IMG/VR virus record: IMGVR_UViG_3300021185_002094
Length of the DNA stretch: 64,000 nt
Origin: an uncultured virus (IMG/VR IMGVR_UViG_3300021185_002094)
Lineage: Duplodnaviria; Heunggongvirae; Uroviricota; Caudoviricetes
Reading direction: 5' to 3' (one strand)
Shown here: piece by piece, positions 35,393 through 44,700 of the stretch
How the letters are laid out: each line of letters starts with the position of its first letter
How positions within the stretch are numbered: position 1 is the stretch's first letter
Notes under the pieces: model-generated
The model's database searches: none
What the model was told of the DNA's origin: nothing
The model's input: only the letters and a program-made list of their open reading frames with translations
Program-made: the position numbers and the translations under genes

Positions 35393-36835
35393 CTAGTGGT
35401 CAGTCGTATCATTACGCTCAGTAACTTTACTTAATATAAACTGTCTATTAGGATTAATTGAAACTTTAAATTTAGTAAGTAATATTCTATTTACTAACAT
35501 TTCAGATGCAGTATCCTTTAAAGTTAATCCTATTTCAGCTTTGTATTTTTTATTATTAAAGATTAGATTGTGTTCTATAATTGGCCTAACATCAAAAGGT
35601 TTTCCACCTCTTCTAGGTTCTGATACACCAACTACTTCACTTCTAAACTTTTTACCATTTTTAACCCATTCTACATAATCTCCATCTGCCTCTAGTTTAT
35701 CAACGTGTAACATAGTTGCTGATGCAGAGTTTCCTGTATCGAATTTGGCACGAATAGGGTCATTTTCCATACCTTCTAACATTACTGTTTCTATGAATCC
35801 TGACTCTTGCCTCATCATAGGCCTTCTATTTAAATCACTAGAAAAGAAATCTATGATAAGACTTACCATATCTTTATCGGACTTTTTGCCTAATATTTTA
35901 CCACTATTAGGGTCATAGGCATTAAAGTGTGATCTAATTCCTGGGGAACCATTTACTTCTAAAATATGATAATCACTACCAACTTTACAATGATCTACTC
36001 CACAATACCAAGCACCTGTAGATCGAGCAGCTGCAACTACTAATTCTTTTTCTTCTTCTGATAAAGAATATGGTCTTGTTTTAGCACCTAAGTGAACATT
36101 ATTTCTGAAATCTTTGTTAGTATCTTCTCTAACTCTTTCTGCAGAACCAATTATATTACCACCTACAACAAGAGTTCTGACATCTGATTTAATATCTAAG
36201 TATTGTTGTAAAAGTAAATCAGCATTATATTTCCACAATGATTGTGCTACTGATACTAGTGAGCCCATATCATTTACTTTAGAAACACCAACGCCTTGAG
36301 TACCTGTAAGTGTTTTAATGATTACAGGAAACTTACCACCAATTCTTTTATGAGCATCTTCTATAGACTTCTCATTATTTAGAATAGATGTTTTTGGAGT
36401 AGGTATATTATTTCTTTCTAATAATAAAGAATTAGTCATTTTATTATGACATGCTAACATTGCTTCTAAATCATTTACTAAGAAGAATCCTATACTTTGC
36501 AAAGAAGATACGATAGCTTGACAAGCTAGACTTTCTAATGCACCTGCTCTAACAAAGATAATAGTATTATGTGTAGTTAATTCAATAGAATTATCTTTAC
36601 CATCTGAGTTTTGAATAGTAACTTTACCAATCTCAATGTCTGATTGAGATATCCAAGCTTCATCTACATATATTTGATCGAAGGCAATTTTTTTATTATT
36701 ACATACTTCTTCAGCAATCTCTGCAAAAGTTCCTTCACCTGACTCTTTTTTACCAAGAACAGCAATGTGTAAACCAGTCTGATCTATAGGTTCTTCAAAC
36801 TCTTCAGGTATAAAATACTCATTAAAATTTTTCAT
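35393..36835 (-). CDS. RimK-family ATP-grasp ligase fused to a C-terminal retropepsin-like (RimB-type) protease
   Basis: FPVIIKTLTGTQGVGV, LLQQYL, DVRTLVVGG, DFRNNVHLGA, GVD, LEVNGSPG, then IRAKFDTGNS...RP...ML.R. Start ATG 36835 (TAATG overlap with gp17). Confidence 0.88.
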   Translation of the reverse strand: MKNFNEYFIPEEFEEPIDQTGLHIAVLGKKESGEGTFAEIAEEVCNNKKIAFDQIYVDEAWISQSDIEIGKVTIQNSDGKDNSIELTTHNTIIFVRAGALESLACQAIVSSLQSIGFFLVNDLEAMLACHNKMTNSLLLERNNIPTPKTSILNNEKSIEDAHKRIGGKFPVIIKTLTGTQGVGVSKVNDMGSLVSVAQSLWKYNADLLLQQYLDIKSDVRTLVVGGNIIGSAERVREDTNKDFRNNVHLGAKTRPYSLSEEEKELVVAAARSTGAWYCGVDHCKVGSDYHILEVNGSPGIRSHFNAYDPNSGKILGKKSDKDMVSLIIDFFSSDLNRRPMMRQESGFIETVMLEGMENDPIRAKFDTGNSASATMLHVDKLEADGDYVEWVKNGKKFRSEVVGVSEPRRGGKPFDVRPIIEHNLIFNNKKYKAEIGLTLKDTASEMLVNRILLTKFKVSINPNRQFILSKVTERNDTTDH

Positions 36836-38445
36836 TAGAATTGATTTCCCTTCCATTTTTGTTCAAACCATACGTTACCTTTACCATCTCCTTCACCAGC
36901 TGGTACTTCATCACCAGCATCAATAAATCCAAACGGAACCATATCGTCTTGTATTTCTGCTAATCTTTCTTTATATAACATATTCTTTATATCTATATCT
37001 GTTAATCCATTGAATACATCAGTAGATGTAAACCACGCAAACATAACTAAATTCATCATTAAGTCATCGTGGTTAGGAGCTATTGCTTGATAACTACTAC
37101 CCTTAGAAACAAATGTACTCATTTCTATAATTGTTTGTGCGTCGTGTATAATAAGTTTCTTCTGTTCTATTAAATCTTTTACTGTTGAACATCCGATACG
37201 TTTTACTCTTCTGGTCATTGTAGCACCAATTGCATTTGCCTTTAAAGAAGATTCTACAAACATATGCTCATATTCTAAATCGTAATATAATCCATTACAT
37301 ACAACTGCACCTTGATCATTACTTTCTATAACAACATATGCTTCATTATACATATTGGCGTATTTATAAATCATATCTGGTAATAACATAGGTGATATAT
37401 TATTATCCCTAAATATCGCCACCTGTTCAAACACTGCAGCTGAAACATCTATAATTGTAAAGGTAGAATAATCTTGGCCTCTCCCTTTACAAACATCTAC
37501 TGTCATGATATAATTATGATCTGGTATTGGATCTTTGTAAATAAATATATTTTCTTTATACTTAATAGGGTCTATAGCTACTTGAGATAATAAATGATTA
37601 GCATCTATTAAAGTATTACCACGACCATGAAAAGTATTTCCAAACTCTTGCTCAAATTGTAATGCAGAAGTATTACTAATTGTTTCTTCTTTCCAGTTAT
37701 CATCTCTGCCTGGAACATCCCACCAATCTACTCTAAAGGGTTTATACTCATTTGTTCCTTGAGATGCCCCTTCCCATATCTTGTGATATATATTACCAAT
37801 ACCATTCGCAGTAGAAGTAATAATTACCTTAGTATCTTTACCAGAAGATACCACTGGATAAGTTGATGTATAGAATTGTGCATCATTCTCTACAAAAGCA
37901 AACTCATCCAGAAAAAGTAAGTTAATGGATAAACCACGAATAGATGAGCCACTCGTTGCTGATGCCATGATCTTAGAATTATTACTAAACTCTATAGAAC
38001 CTTTATTCAAAGCCTTACAGCCAGGTTGTAAGAAAAAGGGTAAGTTCTCTAACATTAGAGTCACCCTTGCCAACATCTCCCTTGCTGTAGCGCCCTTATT
38101 TGCAAGTACTGCAATAGTCTTCTCTGGGTGAAAACATGCATACCATAGTAAATAAGCAACCGATGAAATAGATTTACCACTTTGTCTACAAGCTAATACT
38201 ATACTAAATCTATTTTTATTAAAGTGATTAAACATCTTTTCTTGATAATCATATAGATCAAAGGGTACTAAACCTTTATCTAAAGATATAACCTTAAGAT
38301 ATTTTCGAGCAAAGTATGCAGGATTTTCCATGCATTTAGCATATTCTAATACTTCATCTTTCGTGAATTGAGTCTCTACTCCATCACGCTTTACCGAAGG
38401 GTTACCTAAATAACCAAATTCGTTATTCTTTATTCTCTGCATCAA
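36835..38445 (-). CDS. 17: Terminase large subunit gp17
   Basis: RQSGKS, FLDEFAF, TSTANG, DVCKGRGQDYS, HDDL. Confidence 0.97.
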   Translation of the reverse strand: MMQRIKNNEFGYLGNPSVKRDGVETQFTKDEVLEYAKCMENPAYFARKYLKVISLDKGLVPFDLYDYQEKMFNHFNKNRFSIVLACRQSGKSISSVAYLLWYACFHPEKTIAVLANKGATAREMLARVTLMLENLPFFLQPGCKALNKGSIEFSNNSKIMASATSGSSIRGLSINLLFLDEFAFVENDAQFYTSTYPVVSSGKDTKVIITSTANGIGNIYHKIWEGASQGTNEYKPFRVDWWDVPGRDDNWKEETISNTSALQFEQEFGNTFHGRGNTLIDANHLLSQVAIDPIKYKENIFIYKDPIPDHNYIMTVDVCKGRGQDYSTFTIIDVSAAVFEQVAIFRDNNISPMLLPDMIYKYANMYNEAYVVIESNDQGAVVCNGLYYDLEYEHMFVESSLKANAIGATMTRRVKRIGCSTVKDLIEQKKLIIHDAQTIIEMSTFVSKGSSYQAIAPNHDDLMMNLVMFAWFTSTDVFNGLTDIDIKNMLYKERLAEIQDDMVPFGFIDAGDEVPAGEGDGKGNVWFEQKWKGNQF

Positions 38446-38845
38446 TCACTCTATCTCTATCAAGTAACATCTTTTGTAAATCAGTAGTACTACCTACAAA
38501 TACATTATTATTGGTTACTCTCTTAGCATCATCATCTCTTTTTTCATCTTTTAAATCTTTTTTGGCCTTCTGTAATGCCATTAACTTTTCTGTAGTATCA
38601 CTAATATCTTTTATAGATTTAGATAATACTTCGAACGCCCTAGGATGTTCTGATTCTCTTGCAAGTTCAGCAAGAATATCTAGTGACTTAGTACCAGTGG
38701 CAATTAAATCTCTATATGTATCCCTAGAAAATTCATAATCATCTTTTATATCTTTTTCTTCAGCTGGAATGGCTGGAACATTTACCTTACTCTTAGTCGG
38801 TAAATTCTTTTGCAAAGATGCATTCAACTTATCTCTTTTATCCAT
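38423..38845 (-). CDS. 16: Terminase small subunit gp16
   Basis: DDYEFSR, HPRAFEV, NNNVFVGSTTDLQKML. Confidence 0.93.
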   Translation of the reverse strand: MDKRDKLNASLQKNLPTKSKVNVPAIPAEEKDIKDDYEFSRDTYRDLIATGTKSLDILAELARESEHPRAFEVLSKSIKDISDTTEKLMALQKAKKDLKDEKRDDDAKRVTNNNVFVGSTTDLQKMLLDRDRVIDAENKE

Positions 38846-39612
38846 TAATCTTGTGCAGGACTTTCATCAATAGTTGTAGTTACTGTAAAATTATCTGCAG
38901 TATCTGTACTACCTACTGTAAAGTCCATCTCCTCAAATCTATTGGTATCATTATTAGTACCAAATTCTTCAAAATCTATATTAACTTCTCTAATGATATT
39001 AGCATTATCATTAACTGGTCCATAAAACTTCATCTTCATTGTAAAATCTAATTGATATATAAGCACTCTTCGTGTAACGTAATCACCTTCGTAATCATCT
39101 TGAATATCAGTATTAGTAAGTACAACAGGAACATCTTGTTTAAAATCAAAGCCATCTACAGGTTTTATAGTGACAGTATAATCTGGTTGGAAGTATGGAA
39201 GTATTTGTTCCATAATTTGTAATCCATCATCTTGGTTTTTAGCCATTATATAAAGTGACATGCCTATATTATATGGCGTATAGAACCCTATTTTCTTTTT
39301 CTTTGTTACATCACTTCCGTGGGATTCTATAATAGAACTTAGTTTATTTAATTTAGTAGCAGTATCTTGTGATAATGAAGTTATTTCAAAAGCCATTCTA
39401 GGTAACTTTAATGCAATCGATGCATCGATATTAGTGTCCTGATCTAATCTTGAAAGAAACTTTTGTTTTGGGCCATATGCAAGTGGAACTTTTTGTTGAG
39501 AAAGAATACCGCCATTTCCGTCTTTACGGACTACTGATATATTATTAAATAGAGTACCGAATACAGCTACTGATTTTCTAAGAGTAGCATGATAAAAATG
39601 ATTTCCGAACAT
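38845..39612 (-). CDS. 15: Tail sheath stabiliser gp15
   Basis: FGTLFNNI, VPLAYGP, LPRMAFE, EQILPYFQP. Confidence 0.95.
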   Translation of the reverse strand: MFGNHFYHATLRKSVAVFGTLFNNISVVRKDGNGGILSQQKVPLAYGPKQKFLSRLDQDTNIDASIALKLPRMAFEITSLSQDTATKLNKLSSIIESHGSDVTKKKKIGFYTPYNIGMSLYIMAKNQDDGLQIMEQILPYFQPDYTVTIKPVDGFDFKQDVPVVLTNTDIQDDYEGDYVTRRVLIYQLDFTMKMKFYGPVNDNANIIREVNIDFEEFGTNNDTNRFEEMDFTVGSTDTADNFTVTTTIDESPAQD

Positions 39613-40553
39613 TAGTAACTCTCCGATGGATCACCAAACGGATTAGTTTCCGTAAAGTCTAAGAAGTTATCTGCAAAAGTTTCTATTGCTACATTCTGTG
39701 CAGCACCATCATTTGCAAATACATTATTTGTATCATTATCTCCAATATCATAAACTTTAGTGATAATGCAGGTACTACCACTAGTACCTCCAATTAGCGG
39801 TTTACTAGCGGACGCTACGAACTGCCTATAAGATTCTGAGCCAGAGACACCTATACCTGATACTGATATACTTCCAAGAGCATTTGATGTTTTAGTAAGA
39901 GTCTGTACTTCTCCGAAGATTTTTATCGCAGGAGTATTACCGTCTGCTGGTACTAGTTCTTGTGTTACTATCTCTGATTGTTCAAAGTGATTACCATCAG
40001 TTACAGTTAAGTCCATTGCAATCTGATATGCTTCAGCACCGGTCTTATCATCAATCTCTGCGATACCAGTTTCAAACTCTTCATCAGAATACTCAAAGAG
40101 AGCACATGTAAGTTTATAAACAGGTAGATTAGATAATTGGTAAAATGGTTTATCATCTTCTACATGAGATATTTCAAAGAAAGAATTGGTCATTGGTAAG
40201 AAGAGTAAATCCCCTTCTTGTGGTTTTAATTGATTTTCATGTAACCCTATCGCATGATTCCAAGACTTTCGTGAAATAACAAATGAAGCTTCATCCCTAA
40301 TTTCTAAACCAAATTTAGAATATAGATCACCAGTTCCTTCGAATCCCTCTACATTTTCAATATATGCTTCTATTAAATATGCATCATCAAACTTGGATGA
40401 AGGATCTTCATTTAAAATATTATCACGATTTACTAAAGTCCTTGGCACATAATATACATCTTGACCAAAGATTTTTAGTGATTCTATTACTAAATCTTCA
40501 TACAAGTTTTGTTCGGATCGAACTGCTTGACTAAAAAACACATTACGTGGCAT
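39612..40553 (-). CDS. 14: Neck protein gp14
   Basis: GQDVYYVPR, SKFGLEIRD, P.EGDL, PFYQL, NPFG. Confidence 0.95.
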   Translation of the reverse strand: MPRNVFFSQAVRSEQNLYEDLVIESLKIFGQDVYYVPRTLVNRDNILNEDPSSKFDDAYLIEAYIENVEGFEGTGDLYSKFGLEIRDEASFVISRKSWNHAIGLHENQLKPQEGDLLFLPMTNSFFEISHVEDDKPFYQLSNLPVYKLTCALFEYSDEEFETGIAEIDDKTGAEAYQIAMDLTVTDGNHFEQSEIVTQELVPADGNTPAIKIFGEVQTLTKTSNALGSISVSGIGVSGSESYRQFVASASKPLIGGTSGSTCIITKVYDIGDNDTNNVFANDGAAQNVAIETFADNFLDFTETNPFGDPSESY

Positions 40554-40556
40554 CTA

Positions 40557-41522
40557 TTACCCCATATAAAAGTCAACTGGTTGTTCCCAATTCAGCCTGA
40601 CTTCCTCTTCTAATTTTTCTATTTCAGTATTTGCATCATCAAAGAGTTGTCTGCCATTAAACTGTACTCCGCCTGGCATTTGCATCCCTTCGAATTTAAG
40701 TAAGTTTGAACCCCATTGTCTTTTGATAATTGCGGTTAAATATTTTTTAAGATAGTGATCATTATAGATATCTGTAAATGTTTCTGGGTCTATAATTCTA
40801 TAGGCTTCAACAATTACATACTCATCCATTACAACTTCTGTTCCCCAATCCATATCTATTCTGAGTTGGTTTCTATGTCTATCAAAACTAACAAACTTAT
40901 TATCAGAATCAATAACTAAGTCTAGTGTTGAAAGATACTGTTGGGCCATAGAGTATTCTAATAATGAACCCATGTAACCTAAACTAAACATATCATTTAA
41001 ATGCATCTGATATTTAATGTCAAATAAGTTATTACTTGTAAATGTATCGAAAATAGGAAATAATCTAATTACATCTGTTACTGCATCAGGAATAGGAACG
41101 TATTCATTTTCCATATCACCCTTTACAATACTGGAGATCGTTGCCGTAACTCCACTATCTTCTCCTGTTATAACTTCATTAGCTTGAAAAGGTATTTCAT
41201 CCGTATGAGTTAGAACAGTATATACTACTTGAGTTGCTGTAGTATTTTTATGTACTTTTGCTGTTGCACCTGTTGTACCACCTGTAATAGTTTCACCTAC
41301 TGAAAAACTTGCTGAACTGGATAAGTTTAACTTACTGCCAGTAATTTTATGTTTTAAAAATACTTTTTCAATTGCATCTGTATGATAATGTTGATAAAAC
41401 TGTAAGGCCTCATCAACTCTATCTTCTAGTTGATCATCATCTACATTTATTTCAATTACAGGAGCACCTAAAGCACGTAAGCAATAATCTTTTAAAGTTT
41501 CTCTGCTATTAGGGACTGCCAT
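40557..41522 (-). CDS. 13: Neck protein gp13
   Basis: CLRALGAPVIEINV, KRQWGSNL.KF.G.Q.PGGV. Confidence 0.95.
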   Translation of the reverse strand: MAVPNSRETLKDYCLRALGAPVIEINVDDDQLEDRVDEALQFYQHYHTDAIEKVFLKHKITGSKLNLSSSASFSVGETITGGTTGATAKVHKNTTATQVVYTVLTHTDEIPFQANEVITGEDSGVTATISSIVKGDMENEYVPIPDAVTDVIRLFPIFDTFTSNNLFDIKYQMHLNDMFSLGYMGSLLEYSMAQQYLSTLDLVIDSDNKFVSFDRHRNQLRIDMDWGTEVVMDEYVIVEAYRIIDPETFTDIYNDHYLKKYLTAIIKRQWGSNLLKFEGMQMPGGVQFNGRQLFDDANTEIEKLEEEVRLNWEQPVDFYMG

Positions 41523-41525
41523 ATC

Positions 41526-41789
41526 TTAACTCCAGATTGCTGAACACATACTAACCACTAGAGCATCTGCTCCGTCTAAGGATGTATCATTACCATCAGA
41601 ATCAAACTTTTGATATACCACTTCTCTTAATACTGGTGAATGATTAATTGGTGCGCCATCTTCTGAAAATGTATCAAAATATGAAACCCTAACTGTTGGC
41701 CATGCAATGTTATCTGTTTGATCACCACCACTATTTAGTGCGGGAGATACTATGATTTCACCTAAGGCACTTGTTTTTGTAATCGCCAT
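41526..41789 (-). CDS. Hypothetical protein, possible fibre accessory
   Basis: 87 aa after the S74 fibre, GGAG SD; late box at 41842-41849. Confidence 0.65.
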   Translation of the reverse strand: MAITKTSALGEIIVSPALNSGGDQTDNIAWPTVRVSYFDTFSEDGAPINHSPVLREVVYQKFDSDGNDTSLDGADALVVSMCSAIWS

Positions 41790-41791
41790 TT

Positions 41792-44700
41792 TTATTTTTC
41801 TCCTAATTTATTTTCGAGGTTATTTAATCTTTCCTCTAATCTATTTATAAGACTTTGTTGTTCTTTTATAGCTTCTACTAATAAAGGTACTACTGCAGGA
41901 TAATTAACTGTTAAATGAGTGTCATCTTTTTCTGTAAGTGTTTTAACTTCTTTAACAACTTCAGGTAGTACTTCCTCTACTTCTTGAGCAATAAATCCTA
42001 ATTGATCATTAGCTTTATTTTCATCTTTCCAATCAAACTTAACTCCTCTAAGTTTAAGTGTTTTATCTAATGAACCTTCTAAATCTCTAATATTTTTCTT
42101 TAACTTTCTATCAGAACCAGTGGTAGTTGAAAATGCAATAACATCTCCATCATGGTGTGCATCTCCATCATGCTCAAATTGATGTTTTAAATATGTACTT
42201 GTTTCTGAGTTAGTTTGAGTTGAGCCACTTATATAAAATTGTATTAAACCAGGCACACCTGTAAAGTTTTGGTTCTGATACTTAATAAATGCAGAACCTG
42301 CACTGCTTAAAGGAGTATTACCTGTATATGTTCCTCCTGAACTTCCAGATGGAGTAGGTCTGAGATCTTCTTGTAATGCAGCATTAGTAAGTTTACCAGA
42401 ACTAGTCATTAATTGAGTACCTGCACCTGTACCACTTGTAGGATCAACATAAAGGCCTTCATCAAACATAAGTTTGCCTTTAACTACTACTGATAATGTA
42501 GATTCTGAACTATTAAATATGAAAGCGTTACCTGATCCATATGATGCACCATCACCATGATAGTATGATAAATATCCCCTTTGGCCTGAATTTGATACTG
42601 CAGGTGTTCCATTATCTGAGAATGTAATACCGACTCCACTACCATTACTATCGCCGAGAAGATTTAAGGTATTATTAGAAGTACTATAATTTCCCTGGAA
42701 CTTACCAGTTCCTCCAAAGGTAGCATCATTGTTACCATCAAGCCTAAGTGCTGTAGATACGTTAGAACCATCATAAGTTTGGAAAGATAAAGAATAATTA
42801 TTAACCAAACCTTCAACTATTCTTGCATCTCCATTTGCCCAATCCAACATTCCACCTGAAGGTAAGTCAAATTCGGTTCCTTTAATTGCACCTGTAACAT
42901 CTAGTTTAGTACCTGGCGAACTTGTTCCAATACCAACTTTGCCATCATGTGTAAATCTTGTATTGAATACTCTATTTCCAGTTCTAATATCAATGTGCTC
43001 AGCAGAATTTCCATCTGAATAAAACTCAATAGCTTGGTGATCAGTATTATCAACTCTCATACCCAATCTGTATATTGTATTTTGCCAATCAGAAGTATTA
43101 GCTGTTCTTTCTTCTTCAATATCTAAATGATGTCTTGACCCCGCAATACATGCATGTACTTTGATATCTCCATCTGTACCACTAATACCTGCTCCTTGCA
43201 CTGTAAATCTACCATCCATACTGCCTGCATCACTAGTACCTATAGAAACTTTATCGGTACCTCCATCTACAAATATCATTGCATCGTTATTGTTTGATTC
43301 TACTCTGAAATTATAATCATTGGAGCCATCATTAACAACAGTTTCAGAAGTAGTTAGTTTTAATCTTTGCACGCCGTTTGTAGTAAACCCTAATTCGTGA
43401 TTTGCAGGGCTGTACATTCCTGTGTTCAGATCATCATTAAAACCATAAGAAACCCTATTTACACCACCTACACCTGATTGAAGTGTACCATTAAATTTAT
43501 TAGGAACCTCATCAGCTATATAAACACCAAAAGGAGTAGTAGGCAATGTTCCTGCATAGTTTCCGTAATATAATGCAGCAGTGTGTGTTTGAGCAACACC
43601 TGAATTATTATCATATTGAGATTCAAATACATAAGTGGTTCCAAATTTATCTCCACCATCTGCAGCAATTTCGACTTCGCCGTATACACCTCTTGCTGTG
43701 GTAACGAATTGACTATCTCCTGTATTCACCGCTCTTCCGTAAAGTCCGTACATTGTGTCTGTATCTGATGCAGCATTATCCGATTGAGCTACACCCATAA
43801 CACCATAGACATTTTGAACAGCCCCTGCTCCACCATTATCTTCGGCAAAGAAGTAACCTCCATAAACATTAGTTGTCTGACCCGTAGTAGGGGTTGCGGC
43901 AACATTTGAATAAACACCATATACTAAATCTGCATCACCAGTAGTGTCTACATCTAAATACACTCCATAGACTCTATGTTCATTAGAAGTATCGCCACCT
44001 GTAGCACTAGAGTTAAGATCCAGGTAAATACCACCTTGCTCTCTATCTGATGTAGTAGCAGTGCTACCTGAAAGAGTAGAATACATCTCTTGTGCAAAGT
44101 AAAAATCATTATTAGGATTTGTTTGGTTAGCTTCAATTCTTAAAGCACCACCTGATTGGTTATCAACATCAATAGTCAATGAACCAGTCATTTCACCACC
44201 AGCTTTTGGTAAAAGTCCGCTTATATTAGGAATTGTTGGAGTACCGGTAAGATTAGAGTATGCCATTGTTCCAAGTTCGGAATATGTTGGCTTGTGGCCT
44301 TCGTGATATATTTCATCACTGCCCCAAGTTAATTGGCCGGAGCCCGCTCTACCCAATGCAGTATTGCTAGAGTTACCAAAAGAAATATAACCATTGTTTG
44401 CATTTTGGGCACCTGAAATCCTAATTGTATTGGCAACATTTATATCACCTATCCAAGCATCATCACCAACCTTAAAGTTTGTTCCAGCCCCATTACTTGT
44501 AGCAAGTACTTGAGTTGCTGATATGTTTCCTGATACTGTTGTAGTAGAACCAAGTGTGATTAGTGAACCTGTATCTGTAATATTTGAATCGTCTAATATT
44601 GACCCATTGAATTTGACTACTTTATTAGTAACTATATTTGTAACACCTAAACTTCCTGCGACACTAAGGCCGCTATCTGTAATTGAAAGTCTCTCTGTTC

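Noticed and set aside
14587..37368. Intragenic TATAAATA at 14587-14594 (gp62) and 37361-37368 (gp17)
   Set aside because: They could drive regA or the RimK fusion, but the 8-mer occurs by chance in AT-rich coding DNA and both are far from a start codon.
10549..38445. Introns or inteins in gp43, gp17, gp23 or uvsW
   Set aside because: The ORFs are continuous and of normal length, with no splicing motifs seen.
991..38845. Many proteins ending in Glu (UvsX QEE, NEE, EESE, QETE) as RimK substrates
   Set aside because: Largely explained by downstream SD sequences (GGAG/GAGG) and purine-rich gene ends; not evidence without proteomics.
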